Part shown: positions 31,901 to 46,900 of the stretch, in pieces
How the letters are laid out: the number at the start of each line of letters is the position of its first letter
Numbering within the stretch: the stretch's first letter is position 1
Translations under genes and position numbers: made by a program
Notes under the pieces: model-generated
What the model was told of the DNA's origin: nothing
Database searches by the model: none
What the model saw: the letters and a program-made list of their open reading frames with translations, nothing else
Source: Tubulanus polymorphus
Taxonomy: Eukaryota > Animalia > Nemertea
Direction: 5' to 3'
Assembly (NCBI RefSeq): GCF_964204645.1
Contig: NW_027437436.1
Span: 62,001 to 126,000, forward strand
DNA: 64,000 bases

Positions 31901-34900
31901 ATATAATGTGGATGCGATTTCGTAACCAAGAAGATAATTCAACATTTACACTCTGCGCGACATACCTGCCACCGGAGAGATCGTCACGTGGCAATAAAGC
32001 TCAAGAGTTCTACGACACGCTCACGACACGTACTACTACTGGAATAACGATACACTCATAATCGCAGGTGACTTAAACGGGAGAATTGGTAGTAAAAAAA
32101 GACTACGGAGACCAAAACCTCCCCGAAAGAATAAATGTAGATGAAACACATAATAAATTCGGTGACTATCTCCTATCATTCGTGCAGGACACCAATCTTT
32201 GCGTATGAAACGGGCGCTTTGAATCGGAATACGATAATTACACATGCGTGTCATCGAAAGGTCGATCGGTTACCTCTGAACACCGATCAGTTGTTTTGAT
32301 AAAATCGAAAACTTTAAAGTGCATACTATCTCCGATCTCGCAAATATATCCACCTACGGTGCAAACTGTCGGATTCCCGATCACTCTATATTATGCTGAA
32401 CGATCAATCATTCAGGATATATAGATGGCTGATAATTCTCTCGAAAAACTTCGCAACGTGAACGCGATACAAGAAAAGAGCGAAAATATTCACCAAACGG
32501 AGCGCAGTTAAATTTCCTAGTGAATGATCGTAGACGTCGCGCAATTATCGCTATATGCAACAATAAAATTAAATCACACTCAACACTGAACTGAATGAAC
32601 CGATAAAACGAATTGAAATTGTCAAAGCTGTTTGTAAATTAGCAGGGATTGAACAAACCAAATAGGGTAAGGTTAGAAGTGGGTGAGGTAACAGTTTAAG
32701 AATGTGTAAAATGTATAAATTAGTATATAAGTTTATGAGTTGGAGAGAGAGGAAGAGAAAGCAGAAGAATGTAACAAAACGAAGAAAAATAAAGAGACAG
32801 TGTGGTCATACAAGTTATCACTTATATTTGCTTGAGAAGGATGAAGGCTAATGAACAACCCAAATAAACAGACAGGACACCCAGAACAACCAACTAGAAA
32901 GAAGATCCAGTGGTGCGGCCAGTCAACAATATTGGCGGAGATAGTAGTCCCACAACAGTTTAGTACATACCTGCAAATTATGATAATTATGGCAATTGCG
33001 ATGATGACAATGATGAGGAGAAAACATATAGCTCCACTAGTAATGTAAACTATCGTCGTGGTCCAGTCAGGTGTGGTCCACTGGATTTGGTCAGTCTGAG
33101 TAATAAGATAAAAAGAAAACTCAAAGAATGTTGAAATTGCTATTTTGGACGACGTTTCGGGTATAAACTAGAAACGAACAGATAGAATCAAACCGAAATG
33201 GCACAAGGAGCAAATATCAATTAATCATTTAGTTTTATTTATTTGATTATTTGATTATTTTTCTTAGATTATGTGATTGCATCTTAATTCATAATCACCT
33301 TGTTTTTCGAGCCAACATTTTCAGTGGTAACCAGTGGAACTCTGAATGAAAAGGACGTAATTTACAATCAGAATAAATCAGCAGAAAAGAAATGAAAAAG
33401 CAGGGCTGATGGTAGCGGCATTGAGGTCACGTAATTTGCAATTCCCTTCATTTTAGCTGCTGTTTTTATCATAAGTTCAATTCATAGACCCCGACGCACC
33501 TTAAACTCAGCATTATTAATACGCCATCCAGGACCCGATCTTATTTGGAAACAAAAATGCCAATGAGACAAGCGAGATATCGAATGTTATTTAACAAAAA
33601 CATCGACCACAAAGAAATGATTTTCATGAGACAAAAATCTAATATCTAGCCGATGTTCCTAGTCTGATATTGTGACTATGTAAAAAATGAAGTGAAATGA
33701 ATACTGACCTTGATGTACTTTCTACAGTCGCTGGGATTAGATTCAAACCTGAAATGAGAAGAGGCACTTAAAATTGTCACTGACTACTGGTGCGTAAAAG
33801 ATTCCCATCAAGACAAAAGCCATGCAGCCTATATTGTAACATCCGCCTTTCATGAATGATGAAATTTGCGTTTAACATGTGTCAGAATAGGCTTCCGTTT
33901 CAATGTAACTAATGAAGTACAATCGTGTTTTTAGACAACACCGACATGATGGCAGAAAAATGTTCCCTACGTATCATTGATTTGAATGCGTAAGAAACAG
34001 CGGTGTATCCAGGATTCCATGGAGGGGTGCACACATCCAAATAGGGGGAGGGGTCTTTTTTTCAATCAGATGCGCGGAGACGCGTTCTGGGCACGATCGG
34101 AGTACGATTTAACTCGCAATTTGAGTAGTGAGTTTCACAACTTTCACTTCATCACTTCGGGAAAACCTATCACACAGATGTGGACCCGGGACCACTCCAG
34201 TCCATTCAAAACGACCAAACGCAATGAATATCGGCCAATGAAACTACATGAAACATGTAGGACTGCCGTTAAAAAGCGCTTGTAATCGTAAACCACGACA
34301 TAAGCTACCGCATTTTCAGGATGGTTGTCTTCGTTCTCACAAGGTCAATCCATGAAAAATTAGCCATGACTTAACGGGGTGCACGTGCCCAATGTGCACC
34401 CCCCCCCCCTGGATCCGCCGCTGAGAAAGGAGTTGGATTTAATATGACTTAGATCTATATAATGAAATTCTATTGGATTTGTTTTCTTGCAAAAGGAAAT
34501 TTGATTGAATTAGCAATTCAGTCATATCAAGGTTTCCATGCCTACCACCGATTTGAGAGTTTTTTTCCCGATCGTTGCGCAAGCGATGTCAAGGATAGAT
34601 TTTCTGAAGTGCAAATAAAAACTCGATTTCACGGAAATCTAAAAATATATCCCGGAAGTAAAACAGTTGAACGATATCCCGGGTTCACTTCACCAAAAAC
34701 CTTAGTGTCTGACGTACACACTGGGGTCGTTGGGTGACGACAGTCATTTGAGCGGCATCGGTAGCTCAATGATATAAGGCGTGATGCTGTTACATCCACT
34801 ACCGAGGGACATGCGGGTTCGAGTCTTGTTGGCTGCTTACGTTGTGCGGTTAACATTTCAAAGGCCGTCCCGTCGTGAGGTGAAATGAATAATCCGATGG

Positions 34901-37900
34901 GGTTAGTCTTGGGAAACCAAGATCCAAGCGACGTAATGCCAAACAAACAAACATACTGTTGTGAGCGGCCATCAAGCGGACGCCTTAGACATCACGTGAA
35001 TTAGGATAAACCTATTACGTGAAGTAATGTAGGCCTAGTAACGTCAAGGATAAACTCATAACGTGAAGGATCACGTCATCTAGGATATACCTATTATGTA
35101 ACAAGCTGTTTATTATGACACAATATAAACATCAAACGAAACAGATACAAATCATCCTCGCTTAGCATGAACTTGCTTCATTATTTTTACAAGCACAGCA
35201 ACCCGAACTCTATGGAAGACCTGAAGGAAAATGCCAGTTGCTCATTATCCAAATGCTAGTTGTCAGTTGCTTATTCAACTGGTATGTCCCTACAATACAA
35301 TATAGTTTTCCAGTTCAGAAATCTGACTCGTCGTGATTTCAATCTATTTGGACTCTTTGCCAAATCAACTCAAAAAGGTAATGCCGGCCCACTTCGGAAC
35401 TTTAGTTACTAATTCCTTGGAATCTCAAGTGATCTTTTAGCCGGCTATTGTAAATCAATTGATAGAAATAGGCCCACGTTTATCGGCGTCAATATCTGAT
35501 ATCAAAACACCCTGGTATATGAAGGTATATCAGAATGGGACACATATGGGGGCCCTATCCGCTACCCCATGTTTCACATACCCTCATGCTGGTGTCATCA
35601 AAGTTCACACGTCATGACGCCTACGCACCACAAATTAGCCCACCATGCTGGTGACATAATAGGTTTATAATAGGTTTGATGACGTAAGTTGATCCTTCGC
35701 GTTATTTATAGTTTATCCTAACCTTACTACATTATACTTCGCGTTATAGGTGTATCATTCACATGATGAGTTAGTGTCTGTTTGGCAGTGATGGCCCATA
35801 CACAGTAGAAACAACCACTACCAGGACTGAGTGAAGGGTTCGCGTGAACACAAGCTGAATTCTGAACTAATCCAATCATATAGGAGAATGGACTTGTAAA
35901 TATCACGTAAAGAAAATTTTATAGATATTATATCATATCATATAATTCTTTCTTTCCTTTCTTTGTTCTTCATGTACTCTGATTTACGATATATAAATGA
36001 ATTTGAATTTGCCCTCTGATTGGCTCTTCGAGATCGAACTTTTTGACTTGCAGGGAATTGGAGAATGGACATCCATGCATAGATGCATGATTTGTATAAA
36101 CACATGTGAGGTCGCAGTAAAAAAGCCTTTCATCTGGAGACCACCATTTAAATTAGCTCCATTTGTATATATGTAATTGGCTCAGCCTACGGCTGGCCTC
36201 GAAATGTAGTTCAGTGCCACTTGTCTATTGGTATAACTAAATGTGAAGGAATCGTGATGTCATCAGGTTCAAATCCCCGAGAAGGAGAAACTTCATATTT
36301 CATACAAGTACGCGTTACCGCGGATGGTTGGCCTTTTCCTTTTCTAAAAACAATCAAATATCGTTCGTATCATTTTCAAGCTTATTAGTGATTATCCAGT
36401 TTTAAAGCAAAACTCGTGCGTAATAGAAACGAGATGCGACACACTGAATATTAATGACCGGAATATTACCAGTATATCAAATATACTAAAAATAATCTAA
36501 AATCAACAACTCATCATACGACCTTGAAAGGGCAACTTTTCACACAAGAAGATATTTTTGTACAGAGATAAAGAGAACAAACAGAAAGATGAATAAATAG
36601 AAACGTTTATCAACAAGGAAGCTACAACAAATTGGCCCAGCTACAATAATCCGTTAAAAAGAAATATTAATTTGACTTTATAATTGTGGTTATAGATACA
36701 AGAATGCAATAGAAATTCCATCAGCACGCTTTCAAAAACTGATCATCCACACTTCACAATCGTGTTCAGTGCTTCACCTGAGACATTTTTATTTGTGCAC
36801 TTTAAAAAACTGATCGTCCACACTTAACATGTGTTCAGAACTTCGTCTGAGACATTTTTAATTGAAAATGAACTAAAAACACCAGACATCAGACATTTCA
36901 TCAGCACGCAAACAAAAACTGATTGTTCACACTTCACATCTGTTCAGTGCTTCACCTGACACATTTTTGATTAAAAATGACAACACCAGATAATTTTTAT
37001 ACGTCTGGGCTTGACGCGGCAGCTTCACAAATTATAAATGACCTGCCATTCAATCAATTTCGTATTTCAAATATTGTCGAAGGGCATATCTAGGAACGGA
37101 TCCACGGATCCATGGACATTGAAAAGGCCAAGTTAAGTATCCATGCAGACAAAACAAAGGTTCAAAATATGAAATTTCAGTGCAATTTTATATAATTTCT
37201 AGGTACTGAGAGATCTTATCATTTGCTGGTGTTGTCGAAGAATGTACAGAATAGTGACATAGCGACGATTCGACACCGAAATACCAACAACGGAACCAGC
37301 AACGACATACGTTTGATATGAAAAGCACACAGATTTATTCCTGAACTCGTATTTATAACAAACAGTAGCTGAAGAGCATTCCGACTTAACAATAAGGTTT
37401 TATGATAAGGTTTATGTTAAGGATTTTATAAGTTTTACAATGAGGTTTATTATATAGTTTACAATGGGGTTTATACACAGTTAATATACACAGTTACACA
37501 CAGTTTATCGAACGATATTTAAGAAATATTAATATCTAAGAAAGTAACCTTAATAGTTGAATCAAGTAAACTTTATGAAAATTTGTCAAATGAAACGATC
37601 TCAGCATTATACACACGTAATAATCGCACGCAACTGCATGAAGAAATATTAATATTTAAGAAAGTAACCTTAATTGTTGAACCAATTGTTGAACTGGACA
37701 TTTTTACCTTCAATCATCAGGGTCGGGCCTACCCAACCAATGTTTGCTTCCGATGTGTCTGTTAGATGCGTTTTCTTTGATCACAGGTGCGTCAATAAGT
37801 ATCACATTTACATTTACACGTTTGACATGTACATGTTACAGGATAAAATCCACCATGTTACAGGATAAATACTAGTGAAAAGACTGCAATTTTTGCTAAT

Positions 37901-40900
37901 TTTGAGAATTGCATACTAGACACGGCTCATTAATCAAGCTTATCAACTTGAGGCAAAACTTTGGTCGGAAGATTTAAAAGAACGCTAGTTAAAGATGATA
38001 TTGCGTGTTTGAAATCAAATTTCTCTTAGCTGTTTTAACAGCAGCCTAGCGAAATTTCGCTGATAGCATTTTAAACGCAGTCTCAAATGTTTTGTGACTT
38101 TCTCAAAATGTATCAAAAATTTAACTAATTTTTAGTTCATAAGTCCTCAAATTTTCATAAATGAACAGTTAAAAATTGTTGAAACATGTCGACTCTGCTG
38201 TAAAATCAACCTATTAACAGTCCGGAATTTGGGATAATATTGGGCTTTAGAGAACATAATGCCCCCGAGGTCTTCACATTTACAGAAAAGATTACGTAAG
38301 TGATTCACGCGCAGCTCGCGATAGGCGCACAATAGAAATCTGAGCCGCGCGTTCTTTGAGTGTCTCCAATTAAGAGGACCGCAATTGTTAAAATTGACTG
38401 CGGGAGGAATATTCCTCCCAATGTCAATCGATGGAAACTTGACCATGGGGTCCGATATTCAAAGAATTGACTTTGGGAGGAATATTCCTCCCAAGGTCAA
38501 ACGAAGAGAATTTGACCTTCAGGTCTGATATTCAAAGTATCGACTTCGGGAGGAATGTTCCTCCGAATGTCAAACGAAGGAAACTGGACCTGGTCTGTTA
38601 TTCGAAATATAGACTTTGGGATGAATGTTCTTCCAAACGACTAAACGCTAAAACCTGAGCTTTTAGAATGATAGGTGTATATATTAATTATATTGGTGTA
38701 ATAATTGTTTTAATAAGTAGTATACTATAGCGACGACACCAGACATATTTAGGCAATTTGAGTGATAATGTACACGGTATTTGAGGGTCTGCGACGAATG
38801 ATTTATAGAAAGTTGAATAGCTGTAGTGCAGGTTCTAATAATAAGGCTTATATAGTCTTCACATCGCAATCAGTTGTTAGAATGCATCTTCCTTTTTCTT
38901 TACTTGATCTTGAGTCTTTGACTAGTTAAATTTTTTCTTCATTGACTGACGCTCGGAGGTCTAGATCAAATTATACTGTTAATCAAATCAATTATTTTTC
39001 AACTGCAAATTCACACTTGATATTGATATTAACAATCAATATTACTTATTTCATTATATAGCGCACTGCTACAAATTGTAATCAGTGTGCTTTGCATGAG
39101 TATAAAATTAACACAAGCCGAAAGAATCGAAATTTAAATACGTGGATGATAAAAATCAAGTTAAAAGGTGTAGGGACGGAGAGATCTGGCGAAAAAAAAC
39201 AGTAATGGGTGCAAAATGGACCCGTGCCTAATCGCCCGACCAAAAACGACGGACCAGACCTGAGTCAAATTAAGCGTGTTGATTTAAACTGGTTCTGGAA
39301 GTCAGTCACTTCGCTTGGATTAAGTATGGACTCGTTTTAGATTCCATGGTTTAAGCATTGTTTAGTAACGAATGAATGGGTTTGAATTTGACTGTGAAAT
39401 GAATTTGAACATGAAAATCTGCGCGCTCTTTGGTAAGCCATGCGTAAAATTTAAGTCGGACCTGATTCGAGCCAATTTAGCCCCGACAAATCGTCTCTAT
39501 AGCCGCGATCACACGTGTATTTTTTTAGGCCAGGGCCAAATTTGGGCCGGACCAACTGTTCACACGGGTGCCAATGGGCCCGAGCCTGTTTGGCCCGGGC
39601 CAAATTTGGCCCGACCAAAAACGTCGGACCAGGCCCGAGCACCAGACAAATGACTGCGTTTGAATTGCAACTAGCACCGTAAATGATCCACTTCGCTTTG
39701 TTTGAGCATTGTTTAGTATCGAGTGAATGGTTTGCGTGTGAAAGCACTCTCTAATTACCAAATTTGGCCCGAGCCTGATCGGTGCTAATTTGGCCCGGGC
39801 CAAATCGTCTCCGTGTGATCGCGGCTTATGTGGGTCATGATTGTTGAGAGAAATCTTTCCCTTTATGTTTGCAAATTAGCCATTGTCCTAGTTTTAACTT
39901 CTGATTTGTACCCTGTATAGGGTTTATATATCTGTTTGTACTCTTTCATAGAAATACGACAGATATCAAATGGAATCTTTGATTTAAGACACTGTAAACC
40001 GGTACACACTAATATGTCCATCCATCCGACCTACGAGCGATCATCTCATTAATATGATAATTGCTCGTAAATCCGACAGCTACGTTTTACAACTAGAAAT
40101 ATATTAGATCAGATTCCTAATAATAAAATCATTACTATTAAGAAAATGTTATTGATTATGGATAAATTCAAAAAGAATTGACAAAATATATTGCTTTGAA
40201 TGGCCTTTACATATTGGATAGGGCGATTTTGAATTATTTTTGGGGAATTTTATCGAGAAGCTCGAACTCCCTAAGGCGATAAATTCTTTAAGGCAGATCT
40301 TTCCCGATTATGATCCCACCATATGAATTGTTCACGAAACTATTATGTATAAACACCTCACAATTAACGTAATCAGGGAAGTGTGATGATCATCACACTT
40401 CCCTGACGTAATGAATCAGTGACGTCCTGTTGCACAAGCTATATTACACCATGATAAAAAGCCTATTATAGTCGAGGTGGATTTCTCGATGTATAAATGC
40501 AGGGAGGGTTGGGAGCTTTATGTTCAATAACATTAGGTTCCAATGTTTGCTCTATGGATTTCAAAATAAAAGAAAAATCTACGTTTAAACGTGATATCTG
40601 TTTCATTACTCGTGATATATCGGGGAATCTCTGCAATAAATTTGGACGATTTCAAAAATATTACAAAATGAGCAAATTGCGATTCTTAGTGATTTTTGCT
40701 AACAGTATTGATTCTAGCGTATACGCGGATTTGTGTGATATGTAATAAGTAACGTAGCGAATAATCAAAGTATCTACTGTAGCTAGATATGACAATTAAA
40801 AATCCCCCAGAATATCTCCTTCAAAATACCTTCATCCGTTCAAAAAAGATCACCTGGTAAAGATTTCCTATGTAGAAATCTAAAAAATCTAAACCCTGGG

Positions 40901-43900
40901 TAAACATACCCTGGGTAAAAATCCCCCAAATATTCATACTTGGTGATTGTCAAGAACATGTGAAAGCACGATGTTTCTCGAATTTGCAATGAGACTGAAA
41001 TATGTTTGAACTTTTAAATGAAATCTTTCGTTGCGATAAATTCTTACGGATAAAATAAATTGTAAGAATTAATAAGAGTAATAAACTTTTATTTGTAATA
41101 TCTTAAGATTCGAACTGGAATATTTTTTAATTTCAGCTGTGCGATGCCATGAATTATTAGAAATAACGTACTTTTGATATTAAATATTTTAGATTCAAGC
41201 TAGTGTAATATATTTGAAATGCGCGATGAACCCCTTTACTAAGCTGTGCAATAACTACATGTATATGTACTAATTTAGTATCAATGAAACGTTAATTTGT
41301 AGTATGTTTTAATTTAAATAGCATAGTTTGTATGGGCATATTGATATCCTTACGGTGTTCGACAGTAAAATATGAATAAATTGGATATACGTATCAATAA
41401 TACGAATTAATTGACCTTAAGATTGTATCTGCTTATAATCCCTTCAAAGGGAGGGGATTACCTAATTTGAAGAATTGGGGATTTTTACCGAGGGGATTTT
41501 TGCTCGCTTACTTAGATGTTTTGAATTATTGACTTAGTTATTTTATTAAGTTTAAGTTAATCACTAGTCAGTTTATTCATTGACCACTTGCATGATAGTA
41601 CTTGATATATTCATTATATGCAATGAAATGAAATGTAAGTTCATCACATTTTTGAACTCATTAATACCGATTTTAATTGTTTTAAGCCCCATGAAAAATA
41701 TGTGATGTCATTATATTGAAAGCTTTATGTTTTATTAACATTGGCAGTAGTTCTCATAAATTTTCCTTGGCCTTTTTTCCGTGGCCATTTTTTCCTAGAC
41801 AAATTACCTTGGCCATTTTTTCCCTGGCCATTCATTCCTGGCCATTTTTCCTTGACCATTTTTCCAACATTCTGGGGTTTTTTACAACTAACCCTTAGCA
41901 ATGCACTGTAATGAACAATTTACTTTGTTTTGCTAAATTAACTACTTGTAATCAATTCACTATAGAACTGTGGTCGATCCTAACAAAGAGTCCGGCGTGC
42001 TATTCTAAACTTCAGTGGACAAAAATCTCTTTCTAAAAATTATATTGCTAAGATATTCTTAGTCTTCATCCTTCAGCATGAACTCTAGGCCTGGATATAT
42101 TTCGGATTCATTTAATGGTATCATGTGTGTGTAGAACGTTTGGGCGAAAGTATTATCCCCCTGGATCACGCGTAAAACAAACAGAAAACATATTTTCATA
42201 CATAGGTCATCGCATTATAGAAATTGAACTGATGACAAGTTGTATTAAATCTCTATAGATGAAACACTTTTAAGGAAAATGAATTATGTTTGTTGTTTCC
42301 ATATAACTACTATCGACTTGCGCCTCGGGCTCAGTCAACTCGCCATCTTCATGATTGAAATATTTGATTAGGCAATCCTATTAAAAGTGGCGTAAATTCA
42401 TACAAGCGAATAATTTGTTGTTTCCAAAGGTTTTTGTTACCGGCTCGTCTACACGGTAATGGTCGAAATTCCCCGGTAAAAATCCCCTAAGAAGACCCAT
42501 TAAAGAGCTTATGATTTGCTGCCGCTGGTATGTTTTCGTTTGTATTGCAAAATTAAGTCCAAAATAACTGGAATCGTTTTAAAGGATTTCTGTGAAAATT
42601 TTCAATTTTTCCCCACACGTCAACAAGTGCCTTTCAAATCAAGATCGATTCCTCATGCGTAAAAACGATTGAAGCAATTTTTGCATTTTTATTTATTTAT
42701 GGTTTGATACGTCAAGATTTCAGTTAAAAGGGCAACATCATCGTTTATGTTAGCGAAGCTTGGTATACAAGCAAGCTGACAATAACAAGCCACTGAATTT
42801 TATCGGTTTAGGCTTTGTATAGCTCATTATCTATAGAAAGTCAGTGATTAAGTCCTAAGTAAATATTGCTCAATTAAAGAGAATTCATTGTACAAGCGAT
42901 GACAGGCCTATGAGGCACCCGTAAATCAAAAATGTATTTCACGGATTTTGCTGTGCGATGCGATAAATTATTGAAACTTTTTATTTGATATATCTTTGAA
43001 ATACTATTTGAAATTTGAAATATTATTTTACCAGTGCGATAACTTTTAGCATAAGTTTAGTATTAATGAAGTATTTCAATCTTTGGATAAACGTTGGAAA
43101 AATGGCAGGGGGAAAATTGCCGCTAAATAAACATTAGAATTTGCAAGTTTTGTAGTAACTTTGAGTTGTTAAATTTTACTGGACATTGGTGTATGCTGAA
43201 TATCACGAACAACGAAACATATATCTCATAAAAACGTTGATTGTCTTTTTCAACTTTCATCATTTCAATAACAATCAATCGATTTTTAAGTCGATTTAAT
43301 TACCAAAATAGCGACTATATGCGTTTGTGCTTTTAATCAACTAGTTTCCGAATCCGTGGTATGTCGATCAAATAATAATTTCTAAGTCGAGAAAAAGTAA
43401 GATGCATTCTATCAACTAATTTCAATGTAAAGACTATAATGCTTCCTATATGAATCAACACTAAATCATTCATACCACAGGCCACTTAATCTTAAGCTTG
43501 ATTGTGAGAGGTGTTTAAACATAATGGTCACATGAGTAATTAAATGGTTGTGTCACAAAGGGAGAAATCTGCCTTAGACATAACTTCCCGATATCTGGAG
43601 TTCAGGGCTTAGTAACGCATGTTTAGAATGAATTTATCCGATATTTTTGTAACATAATGTTTTCTCTCTGCAAATTCCTGACGTTTTCTGGGAGCTAACG
43701 TTCAGTGGCTAGTAGGCTGGATTGTATTTTCCCTTATTTCATAGATCTCCATGCATATGAACTTGAACTGAACTGAATGGGAACTGAGTTCGGTTAGGAG
43801 TAAAAACCTCCTTATCAACTCCTATTTCTGAATTGTATAAGGTAACGTGGGGTGACTTAGCCATTGGGGTGATTTGGCCACCATAATCAATAAAAAATTA

Positions 43901-46900
43901 AGAAGGCACGACCCAAAAAATCAAACTGTGCTTATTATTTTCTTTGTGATATAGTTTTATTGTCATGATCGTACTGTATTATAAATTGATAATTGTCAAG
44001 AAGTCACATGACCAGTCATGTGACTTGAAGATATTCAAAATGGCGGACTGCAAACTCACGCTGTGAAGTCAAGGAATTAAGGTAGGAAAAACTTGTAATC
44101 ATGAGCACTGGAACTGAATTGTTATGTGTCATTATAATTAGTTAGTTAGTGACGTATAATTTAGAAATTGAATCTTCTGCAAGGAATTTTATACTTTAAT
44201 GTAATCAAGAAATTACTTGTTTTGGGGTGACTTGGTCACGGTGGCCATGTCACCCCACGCTTGTACCTATATAACAAGTGGTCTATGTATAAACTCTTGG
44301 ATAATAACTGATGTGCTAAACCTTATAAGCTGATAAGGTGCAATCATCGGTAGGTCTACTGGGATCTAGCCTACTGTATACTATCACAAATTTGTTTTTG
44401 TAGTACAATACCTGGTAACAGGTAAACAGGTAACCCCCCCCCCAAATTTGATTTCACAGCAAAATTCAATAAAAATACTTCTATATTCTTATGTTGAAAA
44501 ACTTGAATAGTTTTCAAAAATTTCACATTTTCCATGGCGTTTTTCACAATATTCACCTTGGATAATCTGTGACTTTTACCAAGCTACGTGCATAGAAATG
44601 ACATTATTCTGTGACTTTTAGCTACCAACATGCATAAAAATCACATTATCGTAGTTTTGATAATTTCTATAAAGAAATCTAGTTTGTAATGGTGAAATAT
44701 CTACGTACCCTAAGTAGTATTGTAAAAACTATTATCTGTTTTAATTTAGGTTTTATACTTAAGTTTGATAGAAAACTGATCTGGGGGGGGGGATTTTTCC
44801 CATGTCGGATTTTTACCGGGGGGATATTTACCGGTGGGATTATTACCTACATTCAAAATACCTTATTATCTAAGTATTTTTCGTCTTTATTTTCAGGGAT
44901 GCCACGAGATTATGTTAAAAAAGTTGGTGGGCGCCCATACAATTGCTATGATGCTGGTGATATGCAGGCGGCCATTCAAGCCTGCGAAGATGGTCTCTCA
45001 AAAAAGAAAGCAGCAGAATTATTCCATGTTAGTCGTACTTCTTTACGTAGACATCTGGAGGCATACAGACGTGGCGAAGAAATAAAAAAACCAGGAGGAC
45101 AGACAGTTCTCACAGCGGAAGAAGAGGAGTTGGTTGTTCATTCGTTGCAAATCCTCAGCGATTGGGGCTTTGGTTTAGATCGCAATGATATAAGATTGAT
45201 CGTGAGAGATTTTATAAGAGGCCTAGGAAGAAAAAACCAATTTAAAGGCGATCTACCAGGGGTGGATTGGATGAGACTATTTGAAGAGCGCCATAAGTCT
45301 AAAATATCGCGTCGGATTGCACAGAATTTCCCTCTCAATCGTGCCGAAGCATGTTCTCAGAAAATAGTGGATGATTTCTTTATGAAATTAGAAAAACTGT
45401 TAGATGAAAACCAGCTGCTGCATAGTCCAGGTCATATCTTCAATATGGATGAAACAGGCTTTCAAACTGACATTGGCTCGAAAAAAGTCCTATGTCGACG
45501 AGGTGATAAAAACCCACACGTAACGGTTGGTTCTAGTACCAAAACTATGTACACAGTTGTTGAATGTTGTTCTGCTGATGGTAATTTTCTAGCACCTTAT
45601 GTTGTCTACAAAGCAAAGAACTTGTATGAGTCTTGGTGCACTGGTGGGCCTGAGCGAGCGAGATATAACGTATCAGACTCTGGATGGATGGAAACTCCTC
45701 AATTTTCTGAATGGTTTAAGAAAGTTTTTCTAGAAGAGACCAAAACCATACCTGGAAAAAAGTTACTGTTATATGATGGACACAATTCTCACATCAATTT
45801 GGATGTGCTGAACCTGGCTATGCAGAATGATGTGATCATCTTTTGCATACCAGCGCACACTAGTAGTATTCTTCAACCACTTGATGTAGGGGTATATAAG
45901 GCGCTAAAACAAAGTTGGCGGAAGGTTCTAAATGAACACTACGTATCAACTAGGTTTAAATCTGTAGATAAAGCTACATTCCCTTCCCTCCTGAATAAAG
46001 TCCACCAATCTAGTTGTATGTCGCGAATGAATGCAATCAACGCATTTGAGAAATGTGGAATATACCCGCTTGATAAAACCAAGATAGGCAATGAACTACT
46101 CAAGACATCTTGCGCTTTGCCTGAAACTCCCACTGAAACTGTAACTAACGACAACGAGATAACCAGAACTGATGCCTCAAGATCCCGTGAGAATATATCC
46201 GTTCAACCGAGAGACCTTCTACGCTCGAGTACACAATTCAGAGAAGGCCCAAGTACAATCACTGTAACTGCTGAAGTCCATAGTAAGCCACCTGGTAGCA
46301 ACGTCATCACCCCTCGTCCGGAAAGATCGCAAAACTCTGATGTCCTCAGTCCAAAATCTAGTCTTGAGAAGGCATTGCTTGATCATTTCAAGTATTCTGC
46401 TCCTGAGCCTCCGAAGAAGAGAAAAAGACTAGACAGGAAATTTGCTTAATGTCTCACAGTAAATGACGTTGTTGAGCGGCTCGAACAGGAAGAACAAAAG
46501 AAAGAACAGAAGAGAGCTAAAAAAAAGAAACCAAACTCAAAAATAAGAAAAAAAGTGAACGGAAACAAGGAAAATGTGTCTGATTCTGAAGATGGTAATG
46601 AAGAAGAACCGGAAATTGATGATGATAGTGATGACGACATCGGTCAACTGGAAAATGATAGCGATATGATTGGCCAAATGGAGAACATGATAGCTAGAGA
46701 GTATGAAATTGGAAAATTTGTTATTGCAGTCTATAATCAAAAGTGGTATGTCACGACAGTGTTGAAATCAAGTCCAGCAATTTCTCCAACTGTATTCTTA
46801 AAGTATAAACGATGGCATGGGGTGAATAGGTTCTCGTCACCACCTAAGGATGATATTCTGGAAACCTGTAAGGAAGATATTCTCTGTTCCATCTCTGAGT

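Noticed and set aside
34750-34830. Functional tRNA gene
   Set aside because: A and B boxes are present, but there is no clean cloverleaf and it continues into a body and (AAAC)n tail, so it is a SINE.
44689-44898. N-terminal 70 aa of the 586-aa transposase ORF
   Set aside because: Runs through a nested GGGGATTTTTACC-type repeat and ends at a splice-acceptor-like TTTTCAG; transposase-like sequence starts at MPRDY (44899).
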